Source of the DNA: Hydrurus foetidus
Taxonomy: Eukaryota
Reading direction: 5' to 3'
Length of the DNA: 55,030 bases
Assembly (NCBI GenBank): GCA_900617105.1
Contig: UYFQ01000582.1
Coordinates: 1 to 55,030 of the forward strand
Shown: positions 48,746 to 55,030 of the stretch, in pieces
Position numbering within the stretch: the stretch's first letter is position 1
Layout of the letters: each line of letters starts with the position of its first letter
Notes under the pieces: generated by a model
Told to the model about the DNA's origin: nothing
Seen by the model: only the letters and a program-made list of their open reading frames with translations
Database searches by the model: none
Translations under genes and position numbers: made by a program

Positions 48746-51647
48746 TCAAGTAACGTTCATAATGCTGTACACGTTCAAAATGGGTGTACAACTTTTTCAC
48801 GTATGGGTGCAACTGAGATCACATCACGCATCATCTCTGAACAACATAACACCAACACCAATTGTCTAACTGCAAATCTGAATCGGCGAAGATTCTCCAA
48901 AGATGTCCAAATTTCCTCTCCAGAAATTTGCGGCGGAACGAATCAAAGTTGGCAGATAAAGGTGCAGGACAGTCGATATTGACGTCTGACGCAACTGCCT
49001 CTTTGACTTGACGATGTTGACTTTCAAATCCGCAATCATGACTGTCGCATGCACTCATTCTCACTTTAAAACTGCAGGAAAGAAAAATATGCTGCTGGAC
49101 TATTTTTTGATGAAGAACTCGCGATATTGAATCAACTGGCGATTTAGTTCGATGGAAATTTATATCAACTTGTAAGTTGTGGAAGTTTTCGAGTATCGTC
49201 GTCTATCGTTGAAAAATTGCTCTCGACTATCATGGGAAGCACGGTGCATGCATGTGATGTAATGATATGATGTACAAAGAAAACTAATCATGACAATGTC
49301 TATTTCGTGCAGATCAGTTTGTGATCGGCAAAAATTGCCGCACAAGATTCCGCGGGACAGAACAGCAGGCGGCATTTCGACGGCTTCCTCTGCTTGCAGC
49401 TAGACCATTGCCTTCTCTCCTTGGCTGTACCGGTAATGTGACATCCTGGATTACTACAGCTGTATCTTGGTGCTACCTTCACTGCTGCATTTGCCACTAA
49501 CTCTGGATTGTCTCTGAGTTGAACCCTTGCATCTTCCGCAGCTGCTTCTAGCGGAAATTCCAATCTCCACTCCTTCTCCATTAAGGCATTCTCTTTTCTA
49601 ATTTGTTCTTCTTCTGTCTCATTACACCTTGATATGTATGCAGCAACAACCGCGTCGTTGTTCGTCCAAAGGCATCGGGTATGGTTCCAGGCACAATCGT
49701 CCGACTTTCTTGTCGCTGGGTCGAATTGAAGGAGACCTTCGAAAGGGGCTTCGATCTCAGAATCGAATAATCTGCCCTTCCGTGCAAGATCTATTAGACC
49801 AGGTAACTTTGAGAGTACCTTGTCTGCCACTGCTGTTGTCAATTTCGACCAACCTGCCCACCCTGACATAATTACCGCGTGATCTACAGGCCAGATTCCA
49901 GCGATCCGGTATCCGTCACGAACAACTGACGGCTGGCAGCACCTAATGAGGCATTCCGGAAGACGAGCCAGAGCTTTCCAATAGGTATGAAAGCTTGAGA
50001 CCTCCAGACCACTCTCGAGCAGTATTTTCCTCATGGGCAACATGTATTTTGGCACGTGATACTCTTCCCTTGCATACAAGTCTGACTTGTAGTATCTGTG
50101 TATATTGCAGTGCATTCGCCCCACATCGTTTGGTTGTTGGACCATAGTTGATGCTGCGGCGAACTTGAATCCCTGAAATCCCTCTTTATTCAAAATCACA
50201 TTTGTGTCATCGAAAGTTGATTTCACTTGAGCCCAACATCCATCCATTGAGAATATCAGTTCTGATATTTCTTTCATCAACTTTATCATTTCCTCAGTAA
50301 GAACGTCGACTGCCATGTCGGGGTGCTCTGGCGGGGTCAGCAACTCATTCACAGCACCTCCATTAAAAATCTCGGCCTTCATTCGTGCGACTCTCACTTT
50401 GGCTTCCGGGATAACAGCTTTGCTCCACATTTTGCTCATCAAGACTGTATCGTCATGAGTCGTTGGGATCAAGAAGCAGTAGAGCGAGTCCTTAATCTGC
50501 GTTGAAATGGAACGGTCACATGTTAGTCTCAAAACTTATAGTCTCATGCGATGTTATTCTTTGTTATGGCACAATACCTTAAGGTGTCTGAGTTTCGTGA
50601 AGTTGCTGTCTTTTATCATTACAATAGTACATTCAACTTCACCGTCAGCGTTGGTGTCTGATGAATTTAAAATCTATAAGTGAGCAAGTAATTTAAACTC
50701 ATGTCATGTTGCGTACACAGTAACTTCACACACTTACTTATGCCGAACTTTATAGTCCGTCTTTTTCCCTGATTTGCTGTTGTTGCTGGATTCAAATTTC
50801 TATTTGACAATCTTTTTGAGCCTGCCTTGGAGAGATATAGTTTCTTCTTCTGGCCGAATCCATTCAGCTCGACACTCAGCTCATCCCATGAATGAACTTG
50901 GCGCGGATCGACGACCCTTGCAGTCACGGCGGACCAAGTTGCTGCGCAAGAGAGCGCGTTCCGTGGATCTTGTAGAGCCCTTTGTCTACTCGTTGACTGC
51001 ACACCACCACACTTTACTCGGATTGGGACGATATTTTTCAGATATCTCCTCTTGGTGCTAGTACTTAGAGGGGGCAGAGTTGCATGGCGGTTCTGCTTGT
51101 TTTCCTCGAGTTCCGTTCGCCTATGGTTGTCAAGATCCTCCAGAATATCCTTTCCGCTTGTGGCTGAGTCTTTAGCGAGATCTCGCTCCTCTGCGACGTC
51201 TCTACTCTTATTTATGACGTCAGTTGAGACGATACTTCTCCTCCCCTTTTTTTTCTTTGGTGGAGGTCCGTTCTGGATTTCATCGAGCGTCCTGAAGAAG
51301 AACTCCAGATCAGTGGAAGGTTTTGTAGTACTGGCAAGGAGAGAATGGCCAACCTTTTCAGTAGTCGGCGGTCGATTCCCGCTTCTTTGGCAGCCTTGTT
51401 GATAGTGCACTGGTTGGTGGTCACTTTTGCAACGGCCTCAGTGAGTTTTGCAGCTGGCGATGTATCAAGCTGGCGCTTGGATCTTAAGCCCACTACCATA
51501 TCATCCTCAAAGTTTGAGAGTACTTGGTTTAAAACCGAGTGAGATAATTGGCATTGAGGAGGTTGCAAGGTCACCAGGTCTGCACATAAGTTGGGAAAGT
51601 GTTGTACACCCATTTTGAACGTGTACAGCATTATGAACGTTACTTGA
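48746..51647 (-). mobile_element. Full-length pogo/Fot1-like DNA transposon (2902 bp), perfect 47-bp TIRs, GA flanks
   Basis: TCAAGTAACGTTCATAATGCTGTACACGTTCAAAATGGGTGTACAAC (48746-48792) and exact reverse complement (51601-51647); flanks AGAGA|...|GATGT; encloses a complete transposase gene. Confidence 0.93.
49300..51499 (-). CDS. pogo/Fot1-type transposase (HTH + DDE_1 + C-terminal Cys/His finger), 658 aa, 4 exons
   Basis: Exons 51499-51354, 51291-50738, 50657-50578, 50496-49300 (1977 nt, no internal stops). LTEAVAKVTTNQCTINKAAKEAGIDRRLLKR ~ HTH_psq; VHSWDE ~ IYNxDE; INTNADG ~ CxNAxG; FSMDGCWAQ ~ LxxDGHxSH; STMVQQPNDVG ~ TSxLQPLDVG; VRDGYRIAGIWP ~ IxxGFxxTGIWP. Confidence 0.9.
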
Positions 51648-51946
51648 GATGTGATGTGTGATAATATATGGATGCTTTCAGCAAGGGGACCCAGGACCCC
51701 CTTGCTTTCAGTTTTTGAGGGAACGAACAAAAACCGGATAGAACAGTACCCACACACAATGGAGAATGGATGGAGCATGATGTGGAATCTGGAGAACGCA
51801 GCAAGGGGGCACGCAGGCTTGAGCATTGAGCTCACTGGCAGCCCCTCGCCTCACTTTGTCTCTGCCCATTTCAACCTCGAAATACAGACCATATACTGGA
51901 CCAGTAGTAAAACAAAAGACTTGAGAGTGGAAGCTCTTGTATCGAT

Positions 51947-52354
51947 ATGTTGATCGAATTCAAACAGTATCACCTCTTTTTTTGCTTTCTCATCTCTTTG
52001 TGGAATGGCACGGAGGCATTCACGAAATCGTACAGAAATCAAATAAAAAGTGTTCAACCTGCGACTCCCGTCTTTAAATGGTCTTCCAGGTGGAGTATGA
52101 GATCCACTTTGGTTCTAGACATGAAAAAAAGAAAAGATAATAGGAAATATGTGGTGTCTTCAAAGGAAAATGATGATGAACCAGATGAAGATTACTTCGA
52201 AGAGCTCGCTGAAGATGTCAAAGCACTTTTGAGATCATCGACCACGAGTCCGAAGATCTCTAAGAATTATCAAGATGTCTCGAAATTTGGTGGGACTATT
52301 GCCAAAGACGTTGCACCAACGAGTCATAATGCTGATGAAAAGAAATCATCCTGA
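51947..52354 (+). CDS. Hypothetical small protein with probable bipartite plastid-targeting presequence
   Basis: Hydrophobic FFCFLISLW then TEA-F cleavage-like motif and basic/Ser-rich segment, followed by an acidic patch; 135-aa ORF. Confidence 0.55.
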   Translation: MLIEFKQYHLFFCFLISLWNGTEAFTKSYRNQIKSVQPATPVFKWSSRWSMRSTLVLDMKKRKDNRKYVVSSKENDDEPDEDYFEELAEDVKALLRSSTTSPKISKNYQDVSKFGGTIAKDVAPTSHNADEKKSS

Positions 52355-53449
52355 TGCTAAGGGGTAGCTCTAAATGATGGCGACAGTACGGACACAAATC
52401 GCCGGATATTTTGGCCCTGCGATCTCATCTGGTATCTATCACAGCGGTGCACTCAATGGAAGTGTCAGCGCTGTAGTCACTACAGTATCTCCTTCGGTGC
52501 TATCAGCATATTCAACGACTCGATGGGTTCATTTGTTTGAATTATTTCGTCTGAAAGCGCTCTCAGTGCTTGCCATTATCTACGCTCTCTGGTGACCGTT
52601 GGTACGTTCGGAAAGTCACCCAATGGCTTGCGATCCTGTCACCCCATAGCAAACAATGAGAAATGAAAATACAGCTCTCGTCGACAGGGCTGTCATGCGT
52701 CATGTGATTTTAAGAGGAACGAGGGGAGTACTTCTCACTGATCAGCGCCAATGGCAGTGCACGCAACAGGAAATTTATCGAGGAGGTGAAATAGAGGGCA
52801 TCTGCCGGAGTGCTATGTTGACCATGATAGCTTTCTCTTTTGGGTGCTGGAACACAACAGTGAGATTCAGAGACGAATAGTGGGATATTTGTCGTCCGTA
52901 TCGATAAGAGGAAAAAGGGAACGATTCACATCAGGGAGGATGAAGCAAGAGATAATTCTTTTTCCGTGAGATAATTAACTCCAATTAGACGTCACCATCG
53001 CTATGAGCACGCTTTATGACTAATTACGCAATGAGAGTATAGACTCTAACAATGACTTATTGCGGGCTTAAAATTTATGATCACCACTCAATAACACAGA
53101 TTCCTTCCTTTTTTCTCAAACTCGCTCTGCAAACTTGTCAGCCGCTCTGCCCACATTCAAAGGGAGTGCGCAGATTAAATCGTCGGTTCTCGGCACTTCG
53201 AAGAAAATTCGACGAGGACAACGTACTGAAACTGCTGAAATCACCTCTAAGCGTTACTCCAAGTCCATGAAGAGACGTTGATAAGCACCGTGTCGTCTGA
53301 TTTCATTCAAGAACAATCACATTGTCTTCCAGTTTCGGCACTATAAGGTTGCTCAATTAGGCGTTGAGCCCTCCGAGGTGCATCATGCAGGATTATTTTT
53401 GAGTGTACTCCATGGCGTGTGGCATAATATCTGCAACGCACTAGTAGTA

Positions 53450-53716
53450 TCATTTGTTGTCTTTAACAACTTCTATCGTCGCCGTATCGTCCTCGATCTT
53501 GGCGATGTACCAACGAATGATATCCTCTTCAGGCATTAATTTCTGAAGGAGGTAGAAGTAGTCACGCGGGTTCAGCTGCACGGGCATTTTGATTGTTTCA
53601 AGTTGTAGCGCCATTTTGACGGGATAAACTGTCTTCAGAGGAATCGTCGGAAATTTGAATGCTACGGATTGAAGAACAGAGAGTACAGCTGTAGCTACCA
53701 AGAGCAAAGCTTGCAT
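53450..53716 (-). CDS. Small probable plastid-targeted protein, 88 aa
   Basis: Signal peptide MQALLLVATAVLSVLQSVA-F; mature region ends EEDIIRWYIAKIEDDTATIEVV. Confidence 0.65.
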   Translation of the reverse strand: MQALLLVATAVLSVLQSVAFKFPTIPLKTVYPVKMALQLETIKMPVQLNPRDYFYLLQKLMPEEDIIRWYIAKIEDDTATIEVVKDNK

Positions 53717-53873
53717 GATGTGAAACTTGATTCCGAAGACACTATCTCAGCGAAATATGGCGCCTCTTTGTAGATATTGGAACGTTGGCAGGAAATGCTG
53801 GAAGAAAAATTCTCCGTCGAAGTTGAGTGGGGGAGACGAAGTCATAACTAAAAGGCCGGTCCTTATGCATACC

Positions 53874-54137
53874 TGTCAGGAATCGGGACCAAAACCGGAA
53901 AGGAATCGGTAGAAACAGAATTGCTTAAAGGTTTACTGGAAAAAAGATTGTGTGAGATGTGAATGAATGAACGATTGTAATTATGTGAATTGTGAATCAT
54001 GCGATGTCGAATGCTATGCACTTCAATGTTGAAATGTTAGAACTTCAATGTTGAAATGTTGGGACTTCAATGTCGAGATGGTGGAACTTCAACGTGTTGG
54101 ATGGTTGTACAGTGTATGTGTATACAAAACAATGACA
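53874..54137 (-). mobile_element. Probable 3' LTR of the Copia element (264 bp, TGTCA...TGACA)
   Basis: Inverted pentamer termini at 53874 and 54137, 86 bp downstream of the pol stop; internal ~22-bp tandem repeat ACTTCAATGTTGAAATGTTRGR x ~3.5 (54020-54095). Partner LTR is outside the window. Confidence 0.55.
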
Positions 54138-54223
54138 TGCGCCGGTAAGCTATATGCTAAAGAGTGTGTAGCTTAAATGAAAATAGGAATACAGGTAAGG
54201 ATTAGGTGGAAGAGTTAGTGGTA

Positions 54224-55030
54224 TTATGATATACGGGTTGACGGAATATTTAACAGTTGGCTCCGAAACCATAGGAATTTAGAAGGGGATAGAGTTTTAG
54301 TGAGCCCATCCGCTATCATATCATGAGTGCTTATGTGGCGGGGTGCAATTTGGTTTGTCTTAAATAGCCAGCGGACGTAATGTGATTTAAGGGCTATGTG
54401 GCGCGATTTGCGTGTAATTTGGTTGGCTGTGGTCAGGTTAATGGCGGGTTGATTGTCTTCAAGTATGGTAGTGGGTTGGTGTTGTGGGAATCCTATATCA
54501 GCAGCGAACTGTCGAAAGAAAACGACATCTTTGGCGCAGCGACCGAGTGCAAGGTATTCTGCTTCACAGGGGCTGAGGGCGATACCTGATGTTTCCGCTG
54601 AGGAGTGGACAACGAATGGTGCATTAACTGTGCCTATTTGGATGGTGTAAGCAGAGTGGGAGTGACCATCTGGATGGCATGCGTGTGAGGAGTCTGCAGC
54701 CGCGAAGATGGTGACGCCGGATGTGAAAGCAAGTGGGTCGGTGGAGTAGGTTGGGCCGAGGTTAGGGCAGCCTTTTAGGTAGCGAAGAAGATGGATTTGT
54801 TTGGAGAGGTCTGATTGAGTTGGCGCAGAGTTGCGGGTACAAAGATGGACGACTTCTTTGCGGATATCGTGGCGAATAGGAAGAAGGAATACGAGGGTTC
54901 CATTGATTCGTAGAAAGCGTGTGCGGTCGACGGGGGTTAGGTCAGTTGGAGCATCGAAAAAATTGGAGGTGGAGGGAGTGAGAGCGGATGGGACAAGGTC
55001 CATTCCTGATTGGTGGAGGAACTTGATTAT
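54224..55030 (-). mobile_element. Ty1/Copia LTR retrotransposon pol, RT C-terminus + RNase H (runs off window)
   Basis: LLRYLKG, AADSSHA, ALSPCEAEYLAL, ILEDNQPAI, RKSRHIALKSHYVR, DMIADGLTKTL: Copia RNase HI motifs. Confidence 0.95.

Noticed and set aside
48743..51650. Tc4/Tc5-style TNA target duplication around CAAG termini
   Set aside because: The 3-bp flanks would be GAT and AGA, not a TNA direct repeat.
51212..51835. 207-aa ORF as an independent gene
   Set aside because: It reads through the right TIR; only 51499-51354 is transposase exon 1.
53821..53836. TTGAGTGGGGGAG as the Copia PPT
   Set aside because: On the opposite strand to pol and outside, not abutting, the LTR candidate.
1..55030. 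tRNA, rRNA or snoRNA genes
   Set aside because: No convincing cloverleaf, rRNA motif or paired C/D boxes seen by eye; an Infernal/tRNAscan search is needed to exclude them.

Overview
Intron-rich eukaryotic nuclear DNA, probably from a plastid-bearing stramenopile (ochrophyte-type bipartite targeting peptides; taxon is inference). Host genes I can splice by hand: a prolyl-4-hydroxylase-type 2OG-Fe(II) oxygenase with a long acidic extension, plastid-targeted anthranilate phosphoribosyltransferase (trpD), a long coiled-coil protein, COG5, DSS1/SEM1, a small TPR protein with a His-rich tail, a miniature LisH/Nopp140-like protein, two small probable plastid proteins and several unknown proteins. 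The window is rich in DNA transposons. The most striking signal is an apparently intact pogo/Fot1-like (DDE_1) transposon at 48746-51647, with perfect 47-bp TIRs, a 3-intron transposase with DD38D spacing, and GA rather than TA flanking dinucleotides. Two ~170-bp near-perfect hairpin elements (859-1027, 26977-27143) share its TCAAG...CTTGA termini and are flanked by GA and TA respectively. Also present: PIF/Harbinger-type MITEs with TTA duplications (one with a nested hAT-like element), a composite TIR element carrying telomere-like repeats inside a 30-bp inverted repeat, the 3' end of a Copia element, and a 22-bp minisatellite. All gene models and family calls come from manual reading and motif recall; no database search was run.
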